A stretch of 64,000 nt of DNA from Macrostomum lignano (lineage: Eukaryota): the NCBI GenBank assembly GCA_002269645.1, contig NIVC01003865.1, positions 1 through 64,000 on the forward strand. Reading direction: 5' to 3'. Each line of letters begins with the position of its first letter. The first letter of the stretch is position 1. Made by a program: the position numbers and the translations under genes. Under the pieces are notes generated by a model that worked only from the letters and a program-made list of their open reading frames with translations, did no database searches and was not told where the DNA came from. Shown here piece by piece: positions 1 through 11,978 of this stretch.

Positions 1-3000
1 GCTACTGCGCTTTGGCATGCAAACTGTTTCCAGATCGACACAAGCTTGATAAGCACACAAACACAGTCGAGTGTGCTACTGCGCTTTGGCATGCAAACTG
101 TTTCCAGATCGACACAAGCTTGATAAGCACACAAACACAGTCGAGTGTGCTACTGCGCTTTGGCATGCAAACTGTTTCCAGATCGACACAAGCTTGATAA
201 GCACACAAACACAGTCGAGTGTGCTACTGCGCTTTGGCATGCAAACTGTTTCCAGATCGACACAAGCTTGATAAGCACACAAACACAGTCGAGTGTGCTA
301 CTGCGCTTTGGCATGCAAACTGTTTCCAGATCGACACAAGCTTGATAAGCACACAAACACAGTCGAGTGTGCTACTGCGCTTTGGCATGCAAACTGTTTC
401 CAGATCGACACAAGCTTGATAAGCACACAAACACAGTCGAGTGTGCTACTGCGCTTTGGCATGCAAACTGTTTCCAGATCGACACAAGCTTGATAAGCAC
501 ACAAACACAGTCGAGTGTGCTACTGCGCTTTGGCATGCAAACTGTTTCCAAATCGACACAACCTTGATAAGCACACAAACACAGTCGAGTGTGCTACTGC
601 GCTTTGGCATGCAAACTGTTTCCAGATCGACACAAGCTTGATAAGCACACAAACACAGTCGAGTGTGCTACTGCGCTTTGGCATGCAAACTGTTTCCAGA
701 TCGACACAAGCTTGATAAGCACACAAACACAGTCGAGTGTGCTACTGCGCTTTGGCATGCAAACTGTTTCCAGATCGACACAAGCTTGATAAGCACACAA
801 ACACAGTCGAGTGTGCTACTGCGCTTTGGCATGCAAACTGTTTCCAGATCGACACAAGCTTGATAAGCACACAAACACAGTCGAGTGTGCTACTGCGCTT
901 TGGCATGCAAACTGTTTCCAGATCGACACAAGCTTGATAAGCACACAAACACAGTCGAGTGTGCTACTGCGCTTTTGGCATGCAAACTGTTTCCAGATCG
1001 ACACAAGCTTGATAAGCACACAAACACAGTCGAGTGTGCTACTGCGCTTTGGCATGCAAACTGTTTCCAGATCGACACAAGCTTGATAAGCACACAAACA
1101 CAGTCGAGTGTGCTACTGCGCTTTGGCATGCAAACTGTTTCCAGATCGACACAAGCTTGATAAGCACACAAACACAGTCGAGTGTGCTACTGCGCTTTGG
1201 CATGCAAACTGTTTCCAGATCGACACAAGCTTGATAAGCACACAAACACAGTCGAGTGTGCTACTGCGCTTTGGCATGCAAACTGTTTCCAATCGACACA
1301 AGCTTGATAAGCACACAAACACAGTCGAGTGTGCTACTGCGCTTTGGCATGCAAACTGTTTCCAGAATCGACACAAGCTTGATAAGCACACAAACACAGT
1401 CGAGTGTGCTACTGCGCTTTGGCATGCAAACTGTTTCCAGATCGACACAAGCTTGATAAGCACACAAACACAGTCGAGTGTGCTACTGCGCTTTGGCATG
1501 CAAACTGTTTCCAGATCGACACAAGCTTGATAAGCACACAAACACAGTCGAGTGTGCTACTGCGCTTTGGCATGCAAACTGTTTCCAGATCGACACAAGC
1601 TTGATAAGCACACAAACACAGTCGAGTGTGCTACTGCGCTTTGGCATGCAAACTGTTTCCAATCGACACAAGCTTGATAAGCACACAAACACAGTCGAGT
1701 GTGCTACTGCGCTTTGGCATGCAAACTGTTTCCGATCGACACAAGCTTGATAAGCACACAAACACAGTCGAGTGTGCTACTGCGCTTTGGCATGCAAACT
1801 GTTTCCAATCGACACAAGCTTGATAAGCACACAAACACAGTCGAGTGTGCTACTGCGCTTTGGCATGCAAACTGTTTCCAGATCGACACAAGCTTGATAA
1901 GCACACAAACACAGTCGAGTGTGCTACTGCGCTTTGGCATGCAAACTGTTTCCAGATCGACACAAGCTTGATAAGCACGCAAACACAGTCGAGTGTGCTA
2001 CTGCGCTTTGGCATGCAAACTGTTTCCAGATCGACACAAGCTTGATAAGCACACAAACACAGTCGAGTGTGCTACTGCGCTTTGGCATGCAAACTGTTTC
2101 CAATCGACACAAGCTTGATAAGCACACAAACACAGTCGAGTGTGCTACTGCGCTTTGGCATGCAAACTGTTTCCAGATCGACACAAGCTTGATAAGCACA
2201 CAAACACAGTCGAGTGTGCTACTGCGCTTTGGCATGCAAACTGTTTCCAAATCGACACAAGCTTGATAAGCACGCAAACACAGTCGAGTGTGCTACTGCG
2301 CTTTGGCATGCAAACTGTTTCCAGATCGACACAAGCTTGATAAGCACACAAACACAGTCGAGTGTGCTACTGCGCTTTGGCATGCAAACTGTTTCCAGAT
2401 CGACACAAGCTTGATAAGCACACAAACACAGTCGAGTGTGCTACTGCGCTTTGGCATGCAAACTGTTTCCAGATCGACACAAGCTTGATAAGCACACAAA
2501 CACAGTCGAGTGTGCTACTGCGCTTTGGCATGCAAACTGTTTCCAGATCGACACAAGCTTGATAAGCACACAAACACAGTCGAGTGTGCTACTGCGCTTT
2601 GGCATGCAAACTGTTTCCAGATCGACACAAGCTTGATAAGCACACAAACACAGTCGAGTGTGCTACTGCGCTTTGGCATGCAAACTGTTTCCAGATCGAC
2701 ACAAGCTTGATAAGCACACAAACACAGTCGAGTGTGCTACTGCGCTTTGGCATGCAAACTGTTTCCAGATCGACACAAGCTTGATAAGCACACAAACACA
2801 GTCGAGTGTGCTACTGCGCTTTGGCATGCAAACTGTTTCCAGATCGACACAAGCTTGATAAGCACACAAACACAGTCGAGTGTGCTACTGCGCTTTGGCA
2901 TGCAAACTGTTTCCAGATCGACACAAGCTTGATAAGCACGCAAACACAGTCGAGTGTGCTACTGCGCTTTGGCATGCAAACTGTTTCCAGATCGACACAA

Positions 3001-4649
3001 GCTTGATAAGCACACAAACACAGTCGAGTGTGCTACTGCGCTTTGGCATGCAAACTGTTTCCAGATCGACACAAGCTTGATAAGCACACAAACACAGTCG
3101 AGTGTGCTACTGCGCTTTGGCATGCAAACTGTTTCCAGATCGACACAAGCTTGATAAGCACACAAACACAGTCAGTGTGCTACTGCGCTTTGGCATGCAA
3201 ACTGTTTCCAATCGACACAAGCTTGATAAGCACACAAACACAGTCGAGTGTGCTACTGCGCTTTGGCATGCAAACTGTTTCCAGATCGACACAAGCTTGA
3301 TAAGCACACAAACACAGTCGAGTGTGCTACTGCGCTTTGGCATGCAAACTGTTTCCAGATCGACACAAGCTTGATAAGCACACAAACACAGTCGAGTGTG
3401 CTACTGCGCTTTGGCATGCAAACTGTTTCCAGATCGACACAAGCTTGATAAGCACACAAACACAGTCGAGTGTGCTACTGCGCTTTGGCATGCAAACTGT
3501 TTCCAGATCGACACAAGCTTGATAAGCACACAAACACAGTCGAGTGTGCTACTGCGCTTTGGCATGCAAACTGTTTCCAGATCGACACAAGCTTGATAAG
3601 CACACAAACACAGTCGAGTGTGCTACTGCGCTTTGGCATGCAAACTGTTTCCAATCGACACAAGCTTGATAAGCACACAAACACAGTCGAGTGTGCTACT
3701 GCGCTTTGGCATGCAAACTGTTTCCAGATCGACACAAGCTTGATAAGCACACAAACACAGTCGAGTGTGCTACTGCGCTTTGGCATGCAAACTGTTTCCA
3801 GATCGACACAAGCTTGATAAGCACACAAACACAGTCGAGTGTGCTACTGCGCTTTGGCATGCAAACTGTTTCCAGATCGACACAAGCTTGATAAGCACAC
3901 AAACACAGTCGAGTGTGCTACTGCGCTTTGGCATGCAAACTGTTTCCAGATCGACACAAGCTTGATAAGCACACAAACACAGTCGAGTGTGCTACTGCGC
4001 TTTGGCATGCAAACTGTTTCCAGATCGACACAAGCTTGATAAGCACACAAACACAGTCGAGTGTGCTACTGCGCTTTGGCATGCAAACTGTTTCCAGATC
4101 GACACAAGCTTGATAAGCACACAAACACAGTCGAGTGTGCTACTGCGCTTTGGCATGCAAACTGTTTCCAGATCGACACAAGCTTGATAAGCACACAAAC
4201 ACAGTCGAGTGTGCTACTGCGCTTTGGCATGCAAACTGTTTCCAGATCGACACAAGCTTGATAAGCACACAAACACAGTCGAGTGTGCTACTGCGCTTTG
4301 GCATGCAAACTGTTTCCAGATCGACACAAGCTTGATAAGCACACAAACACAGTCGAGTGTGCTACTGCGCTTTGGCATGCAAACTGTTTCCAGATCGACA
4401 CAAGCTTGATAAGCACACAAACACAGTCGAGTGTGCTACTGCGCTTTGGCATGCAAACTGTTTCCAGATCGACACAAGCTTGATAAGCACACAAACACAG
4501 TCGAGTGTGCTACTGCGCTTTGGCATGCAAACTGTTTCCAGATCGACACAAGCTTGATAAGCACACAAACACAGTCGAGTGTGCTACTGCGCTTTGGCAT
4601 GCAAACTGTTTCCAGATCGACACAAGCTTGATAAGCACACAAACACAGT
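1..4649. repeat. 74-bp tandem satellite, ~63 copies, runs off the left edge of the window
   Basis: Unit GCTACTGCGCTTTGGCATGCAAACTGTTTCCAGATCGACACAAGCTTGATAAGCACACAAACACAGTCGAGTGT. ORF starts recur every 74 nt. Only rare point or 1-bp variants. Ends abruptly at ...aaacacagt|tggagaatttc. Confidence 0.99.
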
Positions 4650-7115
4650 TGGAGAATTTCAACAAGGATAATTGGAAAAAATATCCCTTTGTTAGTTGTG
4701 TTTTATCGAGGGCTCATTGAATTTTTTTAATTTTCAAATAATATTAAATTATTTCAAATGTTTCCATGTTTCGCATAAATATACAATTAATGAGAAATTG
4801 TATATAACAGACTGAGCTGAATACTGCAATTGCCAATTATTATAGTTCTATATTTCTAAATTATAATGAGAATAATAAATCTGTTTTTAAAAAGTATAAA
4901 CTTTTTTGGTAAGTCATCAAAACGAAATTAGATCTATGTAGGACTGGAATAATTCGAAAAAATAATAGAGAGCACAGCACACAATCTAGATAATTTTATT
5001 TACTTTGAATAGCTACGAGCTAAGTGTATTCAACCAATATGAATTTAGAAAAAACAAACAATTATATAATATCTTTGTATGCCATCTTTTGTGACTTGTC
5101 TGCAGCTGATTAGGAAAATATTGCTAGCATATTACTAAGGCAGAATATTTTAGCACTCTATAAAATTTTGGAGTCTTTGGTACCATGCCACGATACTAAA
5201 TGAGTAGCTACAAAGTGAATCACTTTTAACTTTCAAAAATCCAAAAGTCAATCTGAATATTCTCTTTAAAGTGTACACTAGACTAAAGAGGCTTATACTA
5301 GACTAGACTAGACTAGACTAAAGATTATTATCTTAATTGTGTCGTGTGTTAATGTGTTACAAAGTGGATTGAGTGTAACACAAAATATGAATCATAATAC
5401 TGCTAGCTAGACCTAGAAACACGTATCAAGCAATGTTTGTTACTCGATATTGTACAGTCAATAACTAAGTGGCCAATTAGCCTACTGTTAATGTCACAGC
5501 CCATAGCTCAAATGAAAGCACGTGCAGTAATTCTAAAGTTACGTTATCATTCAATTGCAAGTTAAATTTTAGCACTTCTTCAATTATCCTTTAATAAGAG
5601 CAATAATATATAACTACTTGATTTATTAGTTTTATAAAACAAATTTTTAACTGAGCTAAAGATAAAAACATTAAAGTACTTTCTGTTTCTTTATTAAATT
5701 ATAGCTATGTTGTTATAAATAAAAACAAAAAATTGTAACACCGGGAGACTTCTATGGTTCAAACAAAAAACTTTATATCCTTGCAAAAGAAGCTGTCGCA
5801 AATGTGCCAGTTTCTCAATTATACTCTTTGGACATCTGGCAATTGAAAAAGCCAGCTGTCGCAATGTACAGCTCTGAAAAAGTCGAGTGTCGCAAGCGAA
5901 ATAAAAAATTCGACATTTTTTTAAGTTTTAAAGTCCTCTGCTGACCGAACCATTGAACTTCCAGTTGTGAGAATTTGTCCTTGGTTACAGGACTTGATGG
6001 ACTATAAGAATCAGCAACTGTCGCAAGAATTGCCCAAAGCTTAAAATTCCTAAGCCCAAAAAACAAGCCATCCGCACGCTATCCGCACGTAACTAATTTT
6101 TAACGCCTCCCCACAGACAAGCCAAGTACATGGAATGCTTTGAACCTTCTGTTGCATAAATAAAGTGTCTAAATCTTTGCAAAATATCCAGATTTATAGC
6201 TGTCGCAAGCATTTAAATTTTTTATGAGGATGGCATGCGGCTAGATTTACGGGAGTAAGTGAGGCTGTTAAGGCAGTCAAACATTCAACAAAGTTAAAAA
6301 GTTATACTGCTTTTTTTCTTGGAAATCCGAACCGATTCTGGTTCTAGAATCGATTGCCATGAAGAGCCTCTATTTCAGAGTCCGAGAGAAACTAGCTGCT
6401 CACGCACATACAGTGGCGACTTTTCAATGTTGCTGAGTATACTAAAAATGAGTTGTTTGTGGGTATGCGATAGATTTCTGAAAAAAACATTTTTTTTCAA
6501 AATTTTTATTCAAAAACGTTTCCCGCCAAACTACCTCACCAGTCCTATCCAGGCTATTCGGCTTTTGTTTTACCAAACAGCGATTCTAAAACGTGACAAG
6601 CATAAATTTCCAGGTTTCTTATTTGAAGTATTTTACGACCTAAAACTCCTATCAAATCTCAATGTTAACAATCATGGCTAGCATTTTTAACACCGATTTA
6701 CAATGTTAAAATTAACTTGTGTTATTTTGTTATTTAAATATAGACAATCCTAACTGGTTGAAATGACCTCATGACTTAGTCATTCTCATTCAAGACTAGT
6801 TAGGCCTGCCCTAGATCTATTTGTACTGAAATTTCTAAAACTTAGTAGTAAAGATAAAATTAGTTTTTAACTCAAGTTAAATTATTCTTAATCCAGTACA
6901 TTAAAAATAAGTTGGCAAAGTTATTTGGCATGGTCTATCTATATATGTAACAATGTCACCACTGGCAAAGCAATGTAGAGTGCCAAAATGATATTTTATT
7001 ATAGCAATTGGAAAAAAGGTCCCTTATTGCAACATCTCCTGAGCCCTGGCACACACTGGGTGACTCTTTCATGTGGCCTATGTACCTTAGAGAGTGACCC
7101 CTTGGTAGCAAAATT

Positions 7116-7230
7116 GGTTATCTTCAAGTTTCGTTCGTTTAATTCCAACACCCACCCACCCCCCACCACCCTTGAATAGAGGGTGAAATAATTCCGGAAT
7201 TAATTAAACGAACGAAACTTGAAGATTGCC
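7116..7230. mobile_element. 115-bp MITE with 29-bp TIRs and 8-bp TSD (Merlin- or hAT-like)
   Basis: GGTTATCTTCAAGTTTCGTTCGTTTAATT (7116-7144) is the reverse complement of 7202-7230 with 2 mismatches. GCAAAATT flanks both sides (7108-7115, 7231-7238). Confidence 0.75.
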
Positions 7231-7818
7231 GCAAAATTGTGTAGGAGAGATAGGCAAGCTACAATACTAAGCAACTACAACCCAAGGCCAAAATTTATAT
7301 ATTAGAAAAGATGCATAGTTACATAGACATAGACAAAAAAGTATGGCCCAAATTTTGGCCATAGCTAAGAGGATAGTCATGGCCTTTTTGCCCCCTCTAT
7401 ATTTATCTTTCTATGATCTCTAGCATATATAAGCAAGTTATATAGGTGTACCAATTGATCTTATCTTTATAGGATAGGATACTGTTTATATAGATTCTTG
7501 TTTGTTCTAATCAGAAAAGCTACTTCCTTGCCTAATTTTCTAAATTTTTAGTCTAAGTTTCCAATTTTTTAATTTAACAAATAATTAGTTTTGCTTTCTT
7601 TTTTCAGGCTTTGGGATATAAGATGTTTAAGAAAGTGATTAGTAAGTTTTTAAAAAATTATGACTTTTAGCTATTATAATTTATATTTTTGCCTAGAAGT
7701 GACTTTCTTAGCTACTTTGTTAAGTTACTTGATTGCTTTTTCAGGTGGTACAGTAGCACCATTTTTATCAAAGTCTAAAGTCCAAATATCTGTGGCTTTC
7801 ACTACTGGCCAATTCAAA

Positions 7819-10800
7819 ATGACTACAACAAATAGCAGTTATACAAATGGTGAACTTGCTAGCAGGAAAGACAGTGCCAGGCGGCTTGCTGCCAACATGG
7901 CTGTGGATGAGAATCTACAGGTTGGTTGCTTTTTTATGTCTGAATGTGTTTTATTGCTATGAGTTATCAAAGTTCAGGTTTGGAAAGTGATTCATTTCAG
8001 TTGAATTTGATCAATGTGTTCTATATAATTTCAGAACTGCCAAACTATTGGTATTGGATCTGGTAGAACCATGGTGTTTGTTGTTGAGCGCATTGGTAAG
8101 TGCTCAAATATTAAGTCGCATTTTTAGCATATTTCTTCAAAGTTAATAATGTTCATTTTCTTCTATTATTTTAGCTGAGCTTTTGAAGCAGAAAAGCTGG
8201 TCAGTTAAATGCGTGCCAACTTCTTATCAGGTCTGTGAATAAAAATCAAATTCATTAACGACTTCTTCATTCCTCTGTCCTAATTGTGATTGAGTGTAGT
8301 GTTGAGTTGTACTTTAAGGTTTGAGTGCGCGTGTACTTAAGCACTTAAAGTACTCGTATGCCCAAACACTCAAAGTGCGCGTGTACTTAAACTCCTAGAG
8401 TGCGTGTGTACTTACGATTAAATAGTCCAAGTGCTCGTGTTACTTAAATATTTGAAGTGCGCGTGTAATTTACTGCTTAGAGTGCGCGTGTACTTAACTA
8501 ATCCAAGTGCTCGTGTACCTCAACACTTAAAGTGCTAAGGCGGTACTTTTAACGTGTAACGTGTTCGTGTACTTAATCAGAGTAAATTATAGAATGCAGG
8601 ATCTGCATACTTCTAGTACTCGTACGCGCGCATTCATTGTGTCTTATCCACCCTCTTGGCCCTGCGCAGGCAAAGCAGCTAATCAGAGAGCACGGCATGC
8701 CGCTGGCTGAGCTGGAATACTGCACCGCACCTCTAGACTGGGCCGTCGATGGAGCCGACGAAGTCGACGCCAATTTGGCCTTAATTAAAGGCGGCGGCGG
8801 CTGCCTATTGCAAGAAAAAATCGTCGACACCGCCGCGAATTCGTTAGTAATTGTCTGCGATGAAGCTAAAATTAGTAGGCAATTTGGCGAACGCTGGCGC
8901 GCCGGCGTCCCAATAGAAGTTGTGCCGATGGCCTGGGCTCTGGTTAAGCGGCAAATTGAGACGCGATTTGGCGGACGAGCTGTGCTGCGAGAGTCCGCTG
9001 GCAAAATGGTTAGCGCTGACGCGGTGATTTAGGAAAGAGCAGGAGTTTTTAGCGGCGCCAATTCTGTAGCTGGCGCCCCATTTGTAGCTGGCGCCCATCT
9101 GTAGCTGGCGCCCATCTGTAGCTGGCGCCCATCTGTAGCTGGCGCCCCATCTGTAGCTGGCGTCCTCCCTGTAGCTGGCGTCCATCTGTAGCTGGCGCCC
9201 ATCTGTAGCTGGCGCCCCATCTGTAGCTGGCGTCCTCCCTGTAGCTGGCGTCCATCTGTAGCTGGCGCCCATCTGTAGCTGGCGCCCATCTGTAGCTGGC
9301 GCCCATCTGTAGCTGGCGCCCCATCTGTAGCTGGCGTCCTCCCTGTAGCTGGCGTCCATCTGTAGCTGGCGCCCATCTGTAGCTGGCGCCCATCTGTAGC
9401 TGGCGCCCCATCTGTAGCTGGCGCCCCATCTGTAGCTGGCGCCCATCTGTAGCTGGCGCCCCATCTGTAGCTGGCGCCCATCTGTAGCTGGCGCCCCATC
9501 TGTAGCTGGCGCCCATCTGTAGCTGGCGCCCATCTGTAGCTGGCGCCCCATCTGTAGCTGGCGTCCTCCCTGTAGCTGGCGTCCATCTGTAGCTGGCGCC
9601 CATCTGTAGCTGGCGCCCATCTGTAGCTGGCGCCCCATCTGTAGCTGGCGCCCCATCTGTAACTGGCGCCCATCTGTAGCTGGCGTCCATCTGTAGCTGG
9701 CGCCCATCTGTAGCTGGCGCCCATCTGTAGCTGGCGCCCCATCTGTAGCTGGCGTCCTCTCTGTAGCTATTTAAATGTATAGCTTCATTTTTTACATTTT
9801 TTACAAATTGTATTAGCTACATATTTAAATGTCGGTGTATCTTGAATTCAGGGTCCTAGCATCAACATGTATATTACAGGGTGTCAACGCTTTTTGTGCC
9901 TCTCAAAATGAGTAGAAAATAAGAAAAGTAGGAAGAATTTCGAGATTGTGCAAGGACGGGACACAGAAGTGCAAATAGCATCTTTTCAAGTTATAACTAA
10001 AGCCAAGTATTATTAAAATAATTAAAGTAATGTTGATTAAATATTCAGATAATGTAATGCACATTTTCTTTCAATAGGTTCGATTGCGCCACTAGATAAT
10101 TTGGAGAACATACAGAAATACGATTATACGAAAAGATGTACAACAAAATGAAACATTTCCAAACCACTGAAAATAGTAGATGGAAACAATCGTGAAAAGT
10201 TTATATTTATTACACTTGCAGATGTCACTTATATATGTTGGTTTCCAGGCTGGCTAGCCGCCACGCTCGTTTTCTGTAAGCTGCCTCGCCTACTGCATTT
10301 GCGGTGGCCAAGGCAGCCGCTGCAGCAGTAGTCGCGGTTGTTGGGGGTGCGTCGCATGCAGGTAGGTCCTAGGCCTTGCTCAAGTAGAGGGGCGGGCGCG
10401 GGGGTGGCGTTTGCGGCTGTCACTGGTTCTGTCTCGCTGGGTGGGTGACGATTGGTGCAGGCGGTGCGACGGGATCTGCAGCCGCTGCACCAGGTGTCCC
10501 TGTCCGATTCGTTCCAGGTCAGACAGCGCGCCAGCAGTCGGGGCCGCGCGGTGTGACGGGCTGCTCGGTGAACGGCGGCTGGATAGGATGCCGGTTGGCC
10601 GGGTCAGCGCCCTGCGGATTGGAATCGTATGGCACTCCGTCACAACGGGGCGGCGATGACAAGCCCGGCAGTGGGTGGAAGTCCACGGATGTTCTGAGTT
10701 TGGTCTCTTGAAGAAAGACGAACGCAGGGCGCGCGGTGTCTAGCCGGGAGATTAGTTACGTAATGCGGCTGCGAAGGCCGTTGCTGTTAAGTTGTGGAAA

Positions 10801-11741
10801 CAGGAACTCTTGGTTTGCGGCATTTGTGTCCTGGGGTGTCGTTGGCTTCACCACCCCTGCCAAGGCGCAGGAACTCTTGGTTTGCGGCATTTGTGTCCTG
10901 GGGTGTCGTTGGCTTCACCACCCCTGCCGAGGTGCAGAACACGATGAAGGTTCTCTGGCCTGGGGGGGGGGGGCGGCGTATATCCGGCGCTTCCTTGGCT
11001 AAAGCTGCAATTCAATATTTAATATTGTGATAAAATGCATTATCATATTGGAGCAGGCATCTAACATAGCAAACGGTAGATATGCTACAAAAGTGAAGCT
11101 CTTTTGCACTATAATATGTAGGAAAATACAAATTATTGTAAGACACTTCTGCATGACACAAATTACATTATCCTTACCCATAGATTCAGTTATTCATATA
11201 TTTTAATAGTTGAGCTTCTAGATCACTTGATTCAAACAAGTACATAATTTGGTCAAAAACTCTAAGCAAGTAGAATGTGAGGCTAGAATAAAGGTACTAA
11301 AATGTATTTATGTCTCTCATGCAGCCCAGAGCAATGCCTTCGCAGAAGGGCAATGCCAGGCCTCTGAAAAAGGAGATGCAACTCAAAAGACGAATTTGAT
11401 TATTCTGAACCGTCATCTGCCTTGCACCTCTTACACTTTCACCAACAGGGTCCGGTAGTGACAGACAATGGCAATTTCCTAATAGACTGGCAGTTCGATG
11501 CTCAACAGAAATGGGAACAGGTTGATCGGGAACTGCACATGATGCCTGGTGAGCTACTACGAGTATCGAGCCTAAGTAGTAGTAACAGTTTTTCCATACC
11601 GTTTTTCCTAATTATCTAAATTTGCCAGGTCTAGTCGAGACCGGCCTGTTTATTGGCAAAGCGAGCGCCGTTTATGTTGGCAAGTTTGATGGCGGAGTTG
11701 AGAAACTGCTGCCTCCCGATGGAGACGCTGCTGGAAAATAG
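7819..11741 (+). CDS. RPIA: Ribose-5-phosphate isomerase A, 6 exons
   Basis: Exons 7819-7920, 8035-8095, 8175-8230, 8670-9008, 11449-11548, 11629-11741, all GT-AG with matching phases. RpiA motifs GIGSGRT, CVPTSYQ, DGADEVD, LIKGGGGCLLQEKIV, GVPIEVVP, GPVVTDNGNFLIDW, GLVETGLF. Confidence 0.96.
8324..8535. repeat. Degenerate ~25-bp tandem repeat (core AGTGCGCGTGTACTTAA) in RPIA intron 3
   Basis: About 8 copies of a 17-bp core separated by mostly 8-nt variable linkers. Confidence 0.8.
9064..9768. repeat. 17-18-bp minisatellite (CTGTAGCTGGCGCCC[C]AT) in RPIA intron 4
   Basis: Direct reading. It starts ~55 nt after the exon 4 donor. Confidence 0.97.
10229..11005 (-). mobile_element. Decayed non-LTR retrotransposon fragment (APE endonuclease N-terminus) in RPIA intron 4
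   Basis: GC-rich island in an AT-rich intron. The minus strand at ~10690-10800 reads FPQLNSNGLRSRIT*LISRLDTARPAFVFLQETKL, matching the N..G / QETK motifs of LINE APE domains with one stop. 67-bp tandem duplication at 10801 and 10868. No TSD found. Confidence 0.5.
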
Positions 11742-11978
11742 CCGCTTTTAGGTCTCCTACTACTACTGTTAGTAGGAGAATGAGGTTTTTAAGCTACGTA
11801 ATGTATTTTACAAAAAACAATCCAGGAAATTGACTTTTTTGGCTGAATTGAAGTCATTTTTGTAAGCTTCTTAGATCATTAGACCTGTTTGTTCGTCGAA
11901 ATGATTGCTGTTATTCTGCGCTAAATTTTTATTCAACTTCGACGGACTGCATAAGGCACTTGCTAGCCTTCCTAGAAA

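Noticed and set aside
2-4720. Dozens of 60-140 aa Cys-rich ORFs on both strands
   Set aside because: They are translations of the 74-bp satellite recurring every 74 nt, with no coding signal.
8324-8535. CRISPR-like repeat/spacer appearance
   Set aside because: Core is 17 bp and spacers ~8 bp, far too short. The context is a eukaryotic intron with no cas genes.
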